Positions 17,939 to 30,072 of a stretch of 64,000 bases of DNA are shown piece after piece; the first letter of the stretch is position 1; each line of letters begins with the position of its first letter. A program made the translations under genes and the position numbers. The DNA comes from an uncultured Pseudomonadota bacterium (GTDB lineage Bacteria > Pseudomonadota > Alphaproteobacteria > JACZXZ01): assembly GCA_963749075.1 (NCBI GenBank), contig CAVVLJ010000023.1:69269-133268 (forward strand), in the 5' to 3' direction. The notes beneath the pieces were generated by a model. The model had not been told where the DNA came from, did no database searches, and was given only the letters and a program-made list of their open reading frames with translations.

Positions 17939-19195
17939 ATGGAAATGATGACGTATATAAAGAGCTGCACTGTTGCGGCGCTCGCGATCGCGGCGCTCGG
18001 GCTCATTCCCTCGGCCTATGCCAAGGAGACCAAGGGTCCTGTCACCGACGATATCGGCGTGCTGGCGATACCCAAGGGCGCGCCGATCCAGTTCGGCGCC
18101 TATTGGGTGATGTCCGGCGCCGATTCGGCACTCGGCATCGACGAGAAGCGCGGCGTCGAGATCGCCTTCAAGGATCACGGCGGCAAGCTGCTGGGCCATC
18201 CGATCAAGCTCAACGTCGAGGACGACCTGTGCAGCGCCGAGGGCGGCCAGACGGCGGCGACCAAGCTCGCGGCGAACCCCAACACCGCCATCGTGCTCGG
18301 CTCGGCCTGCTCGAGTGCCGCGACGCCGGCAGCACCCATCCTGTGGAAGGCCGGCATCACGGACATCGGCACCGCGGACACGGCACCGGCGCTGACGGCG
18401 CCCGACCGCAAGCCCGAGTATGACGGCTTCATGCGAACCGTCTACAGCGACATCGATCAGGGAGCCGCGGACGCGAAATACGTGTACGGGACCCTGAAGG
18501 CCCGCAAGATCGTGACCATCCACGACGGCAGCCCCTACGCGCAGCAGCTCGCCACGGTTATGGCGAACAACTTCAAGAAGATGGGCGGCACGGTGCTCTC
18601 TGCCGAGGCGGTGGCGCCGACCGACGTCGACATGCACCCGGTTTTGACGCGCATCGCGACGGAGAAGCCGGATGTCATCTATATGCCGATCTTCGTCGCT
18701 GCCGGTGCCCAGCTCTTGCGCCAGTCCAAGGACATCCCGGGGCTCGAGAAAGTGCCGCTCATCGGCAGCTCGGGAATGATGGCCCCCGACATGATCGAGG
18801 CGGCGCGCGAGGCCATCGTGGGCTTCCGCATCACCTACCCGGACGTCTCTCCGGCGGCCATGGGCAAGGGCTATCCGAAGCTCGTCGCGGCGTACACGAA
18901 GGACTATGGCGAGGCGCCCATCTCGGGCTACCACCAGAATGCCTATGATGCGGCCGAGCTCGCCATGAAGGGGATCGAGAAAGTCGCCAAGACGGACGCC
19001 AGCGGCACCACCTACATCGGCCGCAAGGCGCTGCGCGACGCCCTCCTCAAGATCAAGTTCGAGGGCGTCAGCGGGCCGATTGCGTGCGACGCTTACGGCG
19101 AGTGCGCGCAGTTCAAGCCCGCGGTCTACGAATTCACCAACGGCGACCCCAAGACGTTCAAGATCGGCGCAAACCCGAAGAAGATCTGGCCCTGA
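17939..19195 (+). CDS. Liv-type ABC transporter substrate-binding protein
   Basis: Signal peptide (AYA-K); EDDLCSAEGG, GSACSSA, IHDGSPY, AYDA, FEGVSG. Start uncertain by a few codons. Confidence 0.9.
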   Translation: MEMMTYIKSCTVAALAIAALGLIPSAYAKETKGPVTDDIGVLAIPKGAPIQFGAYWVMSGADSALGIDEKRGVEIAFKDHGGKLLGHPIKLNVEDDLCSAEGGQTAATKLAANPNTAIVLGSACSSAATPAAPILWKAGITDIGTADTAPALTAPDRKPEYDGFMRTVYSDIDQGAADAKYVYGTLKARKIVTIHDGSPYAQQLATVMANNFKKMGGTVLSAEAVAPTDVDMHPVLTRIATEKPDVIYMPIFVAAGAQLLRQSKDIPGLEKVPLIGSSGMMAPDMIEAAREAIVGFRITYPDVSPAAMGKGYPKLVAAYTKDYGEAPISGYHQNAYDAAELAMKGIEKVAKTDASGTTYIGRKALRDALLKIKFEGVSGPIACDAYGECAQFKPAVYEFTNGDPKTFKIGANPKKIWP

Positions 19196-19273
19196 TCCTC
19201 GGCCGGAATAGCCTCGACAACCCGCGATGGCGCCTTGCGGCGCCATCGCGGCCGTCCTATTGATCGAGCGGTG

Positions 19274-20383
19274 ATGCGCCCCCGAAATCCCGAGGATGCC
19301 CGTGCGGGCCGGACCTGGGTACCGAGGTTGAGCTCGCTCGCCCGCTTCACCTTCGTCGACGTGATCCTTTGGGCGTTGCGCATCGGCGTGGTCTTCGTCG
19401 TCGTCGGCGGCACCATCGGCACCCTCTTGAAGGGCCGCTACGATGCCGCCCAGTGGTTCGACTTCCTCGTCTTCGGGCTCACCATCGGCAGCGTCTACGC
19501 GCTGGTCGCCCTCGGCTACACGATGGTCTACGGCGTCTTGCGCCTCATCAATTTCGCCCATGGCGACATCATGATGACGGGGGCGTTCGCCGGCTATTAC
19601 GTGGCTTCCGAATTCGCCGAGAACGGGCTGCTCGACAGGCGTCCCGTGCTGGCGATGATCGTCATCCTGGCCGCCGGCATCGCCACCTCGACGACCATCG
19701 CCGTGCTCACCGAGCGCATCGCCTACCGCCCCTTCCGGCACGTGCGCGGCTTCGCCCCCCTCATCTGCGCGATCGGCGTGTCGTTCTTCCTCGAGCAGAC
19801 CTTCCGCGGCGCCTTGGGCGCCAGCATCCGGGCGTATCCGGATCCGAAATGGCAGCACGCGATGATCAACGTCTTCGGCTTCGGCGTGCCCCGGGTCGAG
19901 GCCCTGGTGGTCGTCGCGGCGATCGTCTCGATGATCGTGCTCTACGTCGTCGTCCAGCGCACGCGGATGGGAACGGCCATGCGGGCCGTCTCCGAGGACA
20001 CCGACGCGGCGGCCATGATGGGCATCGACGTGAACAAGGTCGTGGTCTTCACCTTCGCACTCGGCGGCATCATGGCCGGCATCGCCGGCGTGTGCTACGC
20101 CTTCGTCTTCAAGCAGGTCTATTTCTTCATGGGCTTCACGCCCGGCATCAAGGCCTTTGGGGCTGCCGTCTTGGGCGGCATCGGCAGCGTTCCGGGTGCC
20201 ATGCTCGGCGGCTTTTTCCTCGGTCTCGTCGAGTTGATCGGGCCCGCCCTCTTCCTCGACGGGATCGGCGTCACGGCACCCTATCAGCTGCGCGATCTCA
20301 TCGCCTTCACCCTCCTCATCATGGTCCTCATCTTCCGTCCCTCCGGCATCCTCGGCGAGCGCATGGCGAAGAAGCGAGCATAG
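19274..20383 (+). CDS. Liv-type ABC permease (LivH-like)
   Basis: GSVYALVALGYTMVYGVLRLINFAHG, KAFGAAVLGGIGS. Confidence 0.92.
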   Translation: MRPRNPEDARAGRTWVPRLSSLARFTFVDVILWALRIGVVFVVVGGTIGTLLKGRYDAAQWFDFLVFGLTIGSVYALVALGYTMVYGVLRLINFAHGDIMMTGAFAGYYVASEFAENGLLDRRPVLAMIVILAAGIATSTTIAVLTERIAYRPFRHVRGFAPLICAIGVSFFLEQTFRGALGASIRAYPDPKWQHAMINVFGFGVPRVEALVVVAAIVSMIVLYVVVQRTRMGTAMRAVSEDTDAAAMMGIDVNKVVVFTFALGGIMAGIAGVCYAFVFKQVYFFMGFTPGIKAFGAAVLGGIGSVPGAMLGGFFLGLVELIGPALFLDGIGVTAPYQLRDLIAFTLLIMVLIFRPSGILGERMAKKRA

Positions 20384-20385
20384 GC

Positions 20386-22191
20386 ATGACGGTCGCGGCG
20401 ATCGGTCCCGCAGCCGGCAGCGCCCGACAGGCGCCGTCCCCGCTCAAGCGGGCGGTGACCTTGGGACTCGTCTTCGGCGCCGTCGCCGTCTATATCGCCG
20501 TCGTCGGCATCCTGCCGATGATGGACGCGCGCGCGGTCGTGGTCGGCGTGGTGTCGCTCGGCCATGCGGCGTTGCTCGCGATCGGGCTGGGTGCGGGGGT
20601 CGCCGTGGCCAAGCGCCGCGGCACCGGCAGCGTGGCGCCGCTCGCGCTCCAGAGTGCCGTCGCCGGCGCCATTGCCGGCGGCCTCCTGGCCGCCCTCGTG
20701 ACGGCGATGCAGCTTTTCGACCTGCGCACGATCTTCATCGCCCTCTCGCCGGATCTCTTCCAGACGCTGACCTTCGGGCTCGGCCTGCCGCTCGGGCCCC
20801 TCCTCCTGGCCGCTGCCGGGGCCGTGCTCGGGATGCTCGGCGCCGCCCTCTCGCTGGCACCCGCGACCCTGCGCCGGCCCGTCCTCGTCGGCCTCGCCTT
20901 CGTCGTCTTTTTCGGGGTCTTCCAGGAACTCATCCAGATCATGATGCAGTTCGGCGACCTCGTCGGGGCGCTGCGCGACGCGATCTACACCTGGGAGGGC
21001 CTCACGCCCGAGGGTGCGGTCGCGATCTTCGTGGTGACGGGATTCGCGGCATTCATCTGGACGAAGACGCTGCGCGGCGCGGTGCACAGGCGGACGGCGC
21101 GATTTACCCCGGCCCAGCACGCCTACGCCAAGGCCGCGAAGATCGCCGGCTGGGTGCTGCTTCTCGTGCTCTTCCCGATCGTGGCCGGCTCCTATATCGG
21201 GCAGGTCATGATGCTGGTCGGGCTCTATACCCTGATGGGCATGGGCCTCAATCTCGAGGTCGGGCTCGCCGGCCTGCTCGATCTCGGTTTCGTCGCCTTC
21301 TTCGCCGTCGGCGCCTACACGACGGCCCTTCTGACCGCCGACAGCCCCCACGCGCTCGCCAGCTACACGCTGCTGCCGAGCCTCACCTATTGGGAGGCGA
21401 TGCCGATCGCCGTCCTCTTCTCGGTGATCGGCGGCGTTCTCTTCGGCATCCCCGTGCTCGGCGTGCGGGGCGATTATCTCGCCGTCGCCACCATGGGGCT
21501 CGGCGAGATCGTGCGGGTCACCGTGTCGTCGGACATGGCGGCACCGCTCCTCGGCGGCGCCCAGGGCGTCCTGCAGATTCCCAAACCATGGATTTTCGGT
21601 TTCGAGCTGAGCGACCCGGTCGAGCTCTTCTTCGTGACCCTTGTGGCTTCGGCCGTCGCGGCCTACTGCGCTTGGCGCCTCGAGAACTCGCGGCTGGGCC
21701 GGGCCTGGATGGCGGTGCGCGACGACGAGGACGTGGCCCAGGCGCTCGGCATCAACCTTGTCAAGGTCAAGCTCCTCGCCTACGGGCTGGGGGCCGCCTT
21801 CGCCGGGCTTTCCGGCTCGATCTTCGCGGCCATGCTGACCTCGATCTATCCGAGCAGCTTCCAGCTCCTCATCTCGATCAACGTGCTGGCGCTGATCATC
21901 GTCGGCGGCATGGGCTCACTCCCGGGCGTCGTCCTGGGTGCCGTCGCCCTCGTCGGACTGCCGGAGCTCCTGCGCGAGTTCGGCGAGTACCGCTACCTCT
22001 TCTATGGCGCGGCGCTCATCATCATGATGCGCATCAAGCCCGAGGGCCTGTGGCCGTCGGCGGCGCGCCGCCGCGAGCTGCGCGACGCCGCGGGCGAGGC
22101 GGCGGTCGAGGGCGGCGACGCGCCCGCCGGCGACGATGCGACTACGGTCGGCGACACCAGCATCCCGCGCGTCGAAACCGCGGTGAGATAG
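20386..22191 (+). CDS. Liv-type ABC permease (LivM-like, long N-terminal TM extension)
   Basis: GLNLEVGLAGLLDLGFVAFFAVGAY, RGDYLAVATMGLGEI, GRAWMAVRDDE. Confidence 0.92.
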   Translation: MTVAAIGPAAGSARQAPSPLKRAVTLGLVFGAVAVYIAVVGILPMMDARAVVVGVVSLGHAALLAIGLGAGVAVAKRRGTGSVAPLALQSAVAGAIAGGLLAALVTAMQLFDLRTIFIALSPDLFQTLTFGLGLPLGPLLLAAAGAVLGMLGAALSLAPATLRRPVLVGLAFVVFFGVFQELIQIMMQFGDLVGALRDAIYTWEGLTPEGAVAIFVVTGFAAFIWTKTLRGAVHRRTARFTPAQHAYAKAAKIAGWVLLLVLFPIVAGSYIGQVMMLVGLYTLMGMGLNLEVGLAGLLDLGFVAFFAVGAYTTALLTADSPHALASYTLLPSLTYWEAMPIAVLFSVIGGVLFGIPVLGVRGDYLAVATMGLGEIVRVTVSSDMAAPLLGGAQGVLQIPKPWIFGFELSDPVELFFVTLVASAVAAYCAWRLENSRLGRAWMAVRDDEDVAQALGINLVKVKLLAYGLGAAFAGLSGSIFAAMLTSIYPSSFQLLISINVLALIIVGGMGSLPGVVLGAVALVGLPELLREFGEYRYLFYGAALIIMMRIKPEGLWPSAARRRELRDAAGEAAVEGGDAPAGDDATTVGDTSIPRVETAVR

Positions 22192-22200
22192 GGGGCCGCG

Positions 22201-23049
<849 letters not shown>

Positions 23050-23076
23050 CGGCGGCGCTGAGGGAGCGAGACAGCC

Positions 23077-23784
<708 letters not shown>

Positions 23785-23828
23785 GCGCCCGGCGAAAAAC
23801 GGACTCCGATCTCGATTTTTCCCGCTAC

Positions 23829-23913
23829 CGTCATGGCCGCGCTTGTCGCGGCCATCCACGTCGGTTTCCCATGGCTGTGAGACGTGGATGGCCGGCCTTC
23901 GCCGGCCATGACG
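23829..23913. repeat. REP doublet (GTCATGGCCG..CGGCCATCCAC family) between convergent genes
   Basis: CGTCATGGCCGCGCTTGTCGCGGCCATCCACGTC ... GACGTGGATGGCCGGCCTTCGCCGGCCATGACG inverted pair. Confidence 0.8.
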
Positions 23914-23991
23914 GCCAAGGACAAAGACAGGGGGCATACGGCAGCGGGGCGGCGTTCGCGCGTCGGTGAGCCGCCTTCGACGCGCGGCGCG

Positions 23992-25227
23992 TCACTTCTT
24001 CTCAAGGAGCGCATCCCTGACCAGCACCTTCGCGTCGTAAAGCTCCGCGATCTCGGCGTCCGAGAGGCCGAGGAGCTCGCGCAGCACCGCCTCGTTGTGC
24101 TCGCCGAGGAGAGGGGCCTTGAGGGCGCTCGGCTCGGGCCAGCGCGAGAACTTGACCGGCATGCCGGGGATGTCGAAGGCGCCGAGCTCGGGGTCCTCGA
24201 CGCGGCGCACCGTGCCGCGCGCGCGCAAGTGCGGATGCGCCATCGCCTCGGCGAGCGAGAGCACCGGGGCGCAAGGCACGCGCGCGGCCTCGAGTGCCGC
24301 GATGGCGGCCTCGCGGCTGCCGAGCCGCGCGAGCCACGCCTCGATGACGGCCTTCAGCTCCTCGTTGTGGTCGCGCTTCGCGCGCGGGGAATTGAAGCGG
24401 GCGTCCTCTCTGAGCTCGGGCATGCCCATCGCCTCGACCATCTGCTGCCACTGGTGCGGCATCACCATGATGGCGAGGAACTCCCCGTCGGCGCAGCGGA
24501 AGTTGCCGTTGGGACCGCCGTCGGGATGGAGCGAGCCGGCGCGCACAGGCAGATGCGCCGCACCGCGCAGCGAGACGCGCGGCACGTTGACCTCATGCAT
24601 GTGGAAATAGGTGTCGATGAGCGAGGCGTCGATGTACTGGCCCTCCCCGGTGCGCTCGCGGTGGAGGAGGGCGAAGCCGACCGCCATCGCCGCGGCGAGG
24701 CCGGTTGCGCTGTCGCCGATCGCGGTGGTGAGCTGGGCCGGCCCGCGGTCCGCCTCGCCGATCGTGGAGGTGATGCCGGCATAGGCCGCCGCCATGTAGT
24801 CGTAGCCGGGCTTGGCGCTCAGCGGACCCTCCTGGCCGGCGAGCGAGATCGAGCACATGACGAGCGCCGGGTTGAGCGCCTTGAGCGCCTCATAGCCGAG
24901 ACCGAGGCGCGCGAGCACGCCCGGCGCGAAATTCTCCACCACCACGTCGGCGTGCGGCATCATCCTGTGGAGGAGTGCCACGCCGCGCGGCTCCTTGAGG
25001 TCGAGCGCCAAGCTCTTCTTGGAGTGGTTGTGCTGGAAGAAATAGGTGCTCTGCGAGCTCCCTTTGAGCGCCGGCTCGCGCGGCTTGAGCCCGGCCGCGC
25101 GCCCGCGGTCGCCGCCGGGTGCGAGCTCGACCTTGATGACCTCGGCCCCCATCTCGGCGAGGATGCGCGTAGCCGTGGGCCCGGCCACGAACTGGGTGAT
25201 GTCGAGCACGCAGTAGCCGCTCAGCAT
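23992..25227 (-). CDS. Class III CoA-transferase (CaiB/BaiF)
   Basis: VLDITQFVAGP, GAEVIKVE, NHSKKSLALDLK, DVVVENFAPG, PGYD, APLLGEHN. Confidence 0.92.
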   Translation of the reverse strand: MLSGYCVLDITQFVAGPTATRILAEMGAEVIKVELAPGGDRGRAAGLKPREPALKGSSQSTYFFQHNHSKKSLALDLKEPRGVALLHRMMPHADVVVENFAPGVLARLGLGYEALKALNPALVMCSISLAGQEGPLSAKPGYDYMAAAYAGITSTIGEADRGPAQLTTAIGDSATGLAAAMAVGFALLHRERTGEGQYIDASLIDTYFHMHEVNVPRVSLRGAAHLPVRAGSLHPDGGPNGNFRCADGEFLAIMVMPHQWQQMVEAMGMPELREDARFNSPRAKRDHNEELKAVIEAWLARLGSREAAIAALEAARVPCAPVLSLAEAMAHPHLRARGTVRRVEDPELGAFDIPGMPVKFSRWPEPSALKAPLLGEHNEAVLRELLGLSDAEIAELYDAKVLVRDALLEKK

Positions 25228-25255
25228 GGCGGCCCCGCGGCCGCTCGCTTGCCGC

Positions 25256-25864
25256 TCAGGCACGTGCGAGGCCCTTCTCCTTGAGGCGCTCCTCGAGGAG
25301 CCCAAGGCGGTCGTAGCCCCAGAAGAGCTCGCCCTCGAGCACGAAGATGGGCACGCCGAAAATCCCGTCGGCTACCGACTCCTCCTGGGCGCGCTCATAG
25401 GCGGCAAGCCCCTCGCCCGCGAGATAGGTGCTAAACTCCGCTTCCTGGAGGCCGAGGCCGGCCAAGACCTCTGCGACCGCACCCGGCTGGTCGACCTCGA
25501 GCTCGCGCAGGAAGAAGCGCTTATAGACCGTGCGGCTGTAATCGACGAGGCGGCCGTGGAGATCGGCGAAGAGGCCGCCGATGAGGGCCGGCGTCGTGTC
25601 GTAGATCTTGAGCGGTCCGCGGATCCACAAGCCCCGCGGCTTGGCCCAGCGCCGCGCGTCCATGTAGGAGTATTTGACCTTGTACTCGGAATATTGGCTG
25701 CGCTGGCCCTTGCCCTTGAGGCGGAGCTGGAAGGGCATCCAACGCAGGCGTACGCGATAGCGCTCGGCAAGCTCGAAAGCGGGGTCGAAGGCCAGATAGG
25801 CGTAGGGGCTCTTGTAGTCGGAATACATCTTGAGCTCGCTCACGCCGTTTGCCGCGTCGTTCAT
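25256..25864 (-). CDS. DsbA-like / 2-hydroxychromene-2-carboxylate isomerase family
   Basis: YSDYKSPYAYL, GIFGVP, ELFWGYDRL. Confidence 0.85.
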   Translation of the reverse strand: MNDAANGVSELKMYSDYKSPYAYLAFDPAFELAERYRVRLRWMPFQLRLKGKGQRSQYSEYKVKYSYMDARRWAKPRGLWIRGPLKIYDTTPALIGGLFADLHGRLVDYSRTVYKRFFLRELEVDQPGAVAEVLAGLGLQEAEFSTYLAGEGLAAYERAQEESVADGIFGVPIFVLEGELFWGYDRLGLLEERLKEKGLARA

Positions 25865-25953
25865 GCCGCCTCCTCTTTCTCGCCGCGCATGCTGCACCTT
25901 CGCCGCGCCGAGAGCCCGTCAGAAATCAGGTGCTGCATGATCTCTCCGACCAT

Positions 25954-26040
25954 CGTCACACCCGCGAAAGCGGGTGTCCAGAGGTCGTGGGCGATGCGCC
26001 ACCTCTGTGGTCCTGGATGCCCGCTCCCGCGGGCATGACG
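25954..26040. repeat. REP doublet (GTCA..CCCGCGAAAGCGGG family)
   Basis: CGTCACACCCGCGAAAGCGGGTGTCCA ... TGGATGCCCGCTCCCGCGGGCATGACG. Confidence 0.75.
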
Positions 26041-26074
26041 ACATCAGAAGCAATTCGCTCATTTCCGGCGAGTC

Positions 26075-26941
26075 CTAAAACTCATAGAGCCTGGCCGGGT
26101 TGTCGACGAGGATGCGCCGCCGTGCCGCCTCGTCGGCGCCCCAGGCGGCAAGGAGGCCGAGGAGCTTCCCTTCGTCGAGCGCGCGGTTCGGCAGGATGCG
26201 CGCAACGTCCGGGGTGCTGCCGTCGCGCCTGCCGGTGTGCGGCCAGTCGCTGCCCCAGACGAGGCGGTCGGGCCGTGCTGCGATGAGGGCGCGCGCGAAG
26301 GGTGCTGCCGCCGCGAAGGTCTCGTCGCTCCCGGCGATGCGGTCGGCGCCCGAGAGCTTGACCCAGGTTCTGCCTCCCCGCAGCAGTGCGAGGAGTGCCG
26401 CGAAGCCCGGCTGGGCGACGCCGGCGGCGGCATCGGGCAGGCCCATATGGTCGATCACCACCTCGGTCGGCAGGGTGGCCAGCGTCTCCGCGAGCACCGC
26501 GATGAGGTCCGGCTCGAGGAAGAGCTGGAGATGCCAGCCGAGCGGTGCCACGCGCTCGGCCATACGGCAGATCAGAGCCCGTGCCTCGGCGGCAGCGGTC
26601 CCGCCGTGCGTCGCAAGATTGACCCGGATGCCGCGCACGCCGGTGCGCCCGAGGGCCGCGAGCTCGGCGCGCGGTGTCTCGGGGTCCACGACCACGACCG
26701 CGCGGCCGGCGGCACCGAGGCGGGCGAGCGCCTCGAGCGTCGCCCGGTTGTCGCTGCCATAGACGCTCGGCTGGACGATGACCACGCGCACGAGGCCGAG
26801 CGGGCGGTGGAGTGCGAGATAGTCCTCGAGCGTGGCCTCGGGCGGGGTGTAGCTTCGCCGTTCGGCAAAGGGATAGCGCGCGGCTGAGGCGAAGACGTGC
26901 ATGTGGCAGTCGCAGGAGAGGGGCGGCGCAGCGGTCGTCAT
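26075..26941 (-). CDS. Amidohydrolase_2 family (PDC-lactonase-like)
   Basis: CDCHMHVF, VQPSVYGSDN, VIDHMG, WVKLSG, WGSDWPH, NPARLY. Confidence 0.88.
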   Translation of the reverse strand: MTTAAPPLSCDCHMHVFASAARYPFAERRSYTPPEATLEDYLALHRPLGLVRVVIVQPSVYGSDNRATLEALARLGAAGRAVVVVDPETPRAELAALGRTGVRGIRVNLATHGGTAAAEARALICRMAERVAPLGWHLQLFLEPDLIAVLAETLATLPTEVVIDHMGLPDAAAGVAQPGFAALLALLRGGRTWVKLSGADRIAGSDETFAAAAPFARALIAARPDRLVWGSDWPHTGRRDGSTPDVARILPNRALDEGKLLGLLAAWGADEAARRRILVDNPARLYEF

Positions 26942-27756
26942 TTCGCCGCCGGGCCGTGGCCTATGTTGACGAGGGCACCGCCGTCGACGGGGAGGGCCAC
27001 GCCGGTGATGAAGCCCGCCTCGTCGGAGGCGAGGAAGAGCGCCGCGTTCGCCACGTCCCAGGCGGTGCCCATGCGGCCGCGCAGCGGCACCCGCGCATCG
27101 CGCTCCGCGGCCACTTCGGCGCGGCTTCGCCCGCTCGCTCGCGCGCGGGTGTCGACCGCCATGGGCGTGTCCATGAGGCCGGGCAAGATGGCGTTGGCGC
27201 GGATGCCGTAGGCGGCATTCTGGATGGCGAGCTGCTGGGTGAAGGCGACCATCGCCGCCTTGGTCGCCTTGTAGGTGACGTAGAGATAGTTCTCGAAGGC
27301 CGCGACCGAGGAGATGTTGATGATGGCGCCTGCCCGCTGACGGCGCATGATGGGCAGCACGTGCTTGCACGCCATCACCGTGCCGCGCAGGTTGATCGCC
27401 ACGATGCGGTCGAAGGCCTCTTCGCTGATGGCATCGGGCGGCGCGTCGCCGCCGGCCACGCTGACGCCCACGTTGTTGTGCAGGATGTCGATGCGGCTCC
27501 AGCGCCTCTCCGCGGCGGCAAGCGCTGCGGCAAGGGTCGCCTCCTTGGTCACGTCGGCCTCGAAGGCGAGGCATTCGCCGCCCGCCTTCTTTGCCATCGC
27601 CGCCGTCTCCTCGGCAGACGCCAGGTTGCGGTCGACGGCGAGCACCTTGGCGCCCTCCTCGGCGAAGCGCAGCACGGTGGCACGCCCGTTGCCCATGCCC
27701 TCGCCGGGGCTCTGGCCGGCGCCGACGACGACGGCGATCTTTCCTTGAAGTCGCAT
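26938..27756 (-). CDS. SDR oxidoreductase
   Basis: GAGQSPGEGMGNG, NNVG, YKATK, NAILPG. Confidence 0.92.
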   Translation of the reverse strand: MRLQGKIAVVVGAGQSPGEGMGNGRATVLRFAEEGAKVLAVDRNLASAEETAAMAKKAGGECLAFEADVTKEATLAAALAAAERRWSRIDILHNNVGVSVAGGDAPPDAISEEAFDRIVAINLRGTVMACKHVLPIMRRQRAGAIINISSVAAFENYLYVTYKATKAAMVAFTQQLAIQNAAYGIRANAILPGLMDTPMAVDTRARASGRSRAEVAAERDARVPLRGRMGTAWDVANAALFLASDEAGFITGVALPVDGGALVNIGHGPAAK

Positions 27757-27774
27757 GGCCGGCCTCCCGCTGGT

Positions 27775-28326
27775 TCAGTTCTTGGGCAGGGGGAATTGCT
27801 CGAGATAGGGGAGATAATCCGCCTCAACGTCGATCTCGAGCGTCGCCAGCATGCGCACCACGCAATTGTAGTAGGCGATGACGACGATGAGGTCCATCAG
27901 GCATTCCGCGTCGAGGCTCTCCTCGAGTGCTGCGTAGGTGGCGGGCGAGACGGCGAGATCGCGCGTCATCTCGCGCGCGGCGCGCAAGACCGTCTTGGCG
28001 AGGGGCTCGAGCGCCGTGTCGCCGCCCTCCGTCTCGGCGGCGATGGCGCGGATGTCCGCGTCCGTGACGCCGAAGTCGCGGCCGATCTTGATGTGGTGGG
28101 AGTATTCGTAAGGCGAGCGCGCGAGATAGCCGACCTGGAGGATGGCCATCTCCCTGAGCCGCGCATCGAGCCGGCTCTGGTGGCGGATGTACTGGCCGAG
28201 CGCGTTGAGCCGCCGCGCCGCTCCCGGGCTGTGCACGAGGGCGCGGTAGAGGTTGATGTTGCGCGCGAGCAAGTCCCGGTTCTCGGGTGCCAAGTCCGCT
28301 TTTTCGAGGTAAGGCACGCGCGCCAT
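27775..28326 (-). CDS. Carboxymuconolactone decarboxylase/AhpD-like protein
   Basis: NLYRALVHSP, LREMAILQVG, YEYSHH, IAYYN. Confidence 0.85.
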   Translation of the reverse strand: MARVPYLEKADLAPENRDLLARNINLYRALVHSPGAARRLNALGQYIRHQSRLDARLREMAILQVGYLARSPYEYSHHIKIGRDFGVTDADIRAIAAETEGGDTALEPLAKTVLRAAREMTRDLAVSPATYAALEESLDAECLMDLIVVIAYYNCVVRMLATLEIDVEADYLPYLEQFPLPKN

Positions 28327-28351
28327 GGTCCGGTGCTCCTTTGGCCTGGGG

Positions 28352-29170
28352 CTACTGCGTATCGGGCGCCCGCGGCGGGCCCATGAGCGTGGCGCCGCCG
28401 TCGACGACGAGGATATGGCCGGTGATGTAGCGGGCGCGCGCGGAGAGAAGGAAGCGCACGGCCTGGCCAACGTCCCAGCCGCTGCCCTCGATGCCGAGCA
28501 CGGATGCCTTGCGCCGCCGCTCGCGCGCGGCCGCGCTCATGCCGGCGGCATAGACCATCGGCGTATAGACGGGGCCGGGGGCCACGCAATTGACGCGGAT
28601 GCCGGCGGCACCGTGATCGACCGCCATGGCGCGCGTGAGGGCGATCACCGCACCCTTCGACACCGAATAGGGCGTCGAGCCGCGCGGCCGCAAGGCGGAG
28701 ATCGATGAGACGTTGACGATGGCGCCGCCGCCGCTCGCGATGATGGCGGGCACCGCGTGCTTCGCCGCAAGGACCATGCTCTCGACGTTCACCTGCATGA
28801 CGCGGCGCCAGGCCTCGGGCGACACCTCGACGACGCTGCCGTGGCCCTCGATGCCGACGTTGTTGTCGAGGAAATCGAGGCGGCCGAAGCGCTGCAAGGC
28901 CGCCTCGACCATGGCGCGGCAGTCGCCGTCGTCGCTCACGTCGGCGCGATGGGCCGCGGCCACGCCGCCCTCGGCTTCGATCATTTCGACCGTGCGGACG
29001 GCAAGCGCTGCGTCGCGGTCGACCGCGAGCACGCGGCTGCCGGCGCGCGCCAGGAGGAGTGCCGCGGCGCGGCCATTGCCGATGCCGTCGCCTTGCGCTC
29101 CGGCACCGGTGACGATCGCGACCTTGCCGGCGAGCCCCTCGTCATCCGGCGGCTTGGTTTGAGCGGCCAT
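28352..29170 (-). CDS. SDR oxidoreductase
   Basis: TGAGAQGDGIGNG, NNVG, YSVSK, NCVAPG. Confidence 0.92.
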   Translation of the reverse strand: MAAQTKPPDDEGLAGKVAIVTGAGAQGDGIGNGRAAALLLARAGSRVLAVDRDAALAVRTVEMIEAEGGVAAAHRADVSDDGDCRAMVEAALQRFGRLDFLDNNVGIEGHGSVVEVSPEAWRRVMQVNVESMVLAAKHAVPAIIASGGGAIVNVSSISALRPRGSTPYSVSKGAVIALTRAMAVDHGAAGIRVNCVAPGPVYTPMVYAAGMSAAARERRRKASVLGIEGSGWDVGQAVRFLLSARARYITGHILVVDGGATLMGPPRAPDTQ

Positions 29171-29179
29171 GCTCCTCCC

Positions 29180-30046
29180 TTACGGCAGGCCGGTGCCGGG
29201 CACCTCGACCTCGACGGATGCGATCTTGCCGTCGCGCTTCTCGGCCATGGCGGGGCCGCTGCCCGAGCTCATGCAGATGAAGAGCGTGCGGCGCTCGGCG
29301 CCGCCGAGCATGCAGGCATAGGCGCCGTCTGGCTCCGTCGAGATGCGCTCGGCGATGCGGCCGCCGTCGAAGACGCGGAGCAGCTGGTGCCCGCGCGCGT
29401 CGGCGACCCAGATCGCACCCTCGGCGTCGAGGCAGATGCCGTCGGGATAGCAGCCGGCGATCTCGGCGAAGAGCCGCCGCTTGCCGAGCGCCCCGTCCGC
29501 GCCGAGCGCGAAGGCGGTGAGCCGGTGGGCGTAGGTCTCGGCCACCACGAAGGTCCGGCCGTCGGGCGAGATGACCATGCCGTTGGGGAACATGAGATCG
29601 CCGGCGGCGACTGCCGCATGGCCGGCGGGATCGACGCGGGCGATCGCGGTCGTGCGCGGCGACTCGCCCGCGTGGCGGTCGAAGCCGAAATTGCCGACAT
29701 AGGCGCTGCCGCCCGCATCCACCACCATGTCGTTGCATGGGCCGCCGGCGAGGCCCGCGAGATCGGCGTAGGGCTCGAGCATGCCGTCTTCGAGCCGCAG
29801 CACGCGGCGGTCGAGCATGGAGACGACGACGAGATCCCCGCCGGGCAGCCAGCCGAGGCCCGACGGGCGCTGCGGCACGCGGACGATGGTCTCGGTGCTG
29901 CCCGCGAGGTCGAGGGTCATGACGCGCTTTGTATAGAAGTCCGAGAACCACAGCTTGCCGTCATGCCAGCGCGGCCCCTCGGGGAAAGTGAGGCCCGCGA
30001 GAAGAACCTCGGGCTTGACGCTCCTTCCGGTTGCCATGGCCGACAT
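29180..30046 (-). CDS. SMP-30/gluconolactonase family
   Basis: FPEGPRW, PCNDMVVD, FPNGM, PDGICLDAEG. Confidence 0.9.
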   Translation of the reverse strand: MSAMATGRSVKPEVLLAGLTFPEGPRWHDGKLWFSDFYTKRVMTLDLAGSTETIVRVPQRPSGLGWLPGGDLVVVSMLDRRVLRLEDGMLEPYADLAGLAGGPCNDMVVDAGGSAYVGNFGFDRHAGESPRTTAIARVDPAGHAAVAAGDLMFPNGMVISPDGRTFVVAETYAHRLTAFALGADGALGKRRLFAEIAGCYPDGICLDAEGAIWVADARGHQLLRVFDGGRIAERISTEPDGAYACMLGGAERRTLFICMSSGSGPAMAEKRDGKIASVEVEVPGTGLP

Positions 30047-30072
30047 TGCCTCCTCCCGCCCGCCGCCTAATC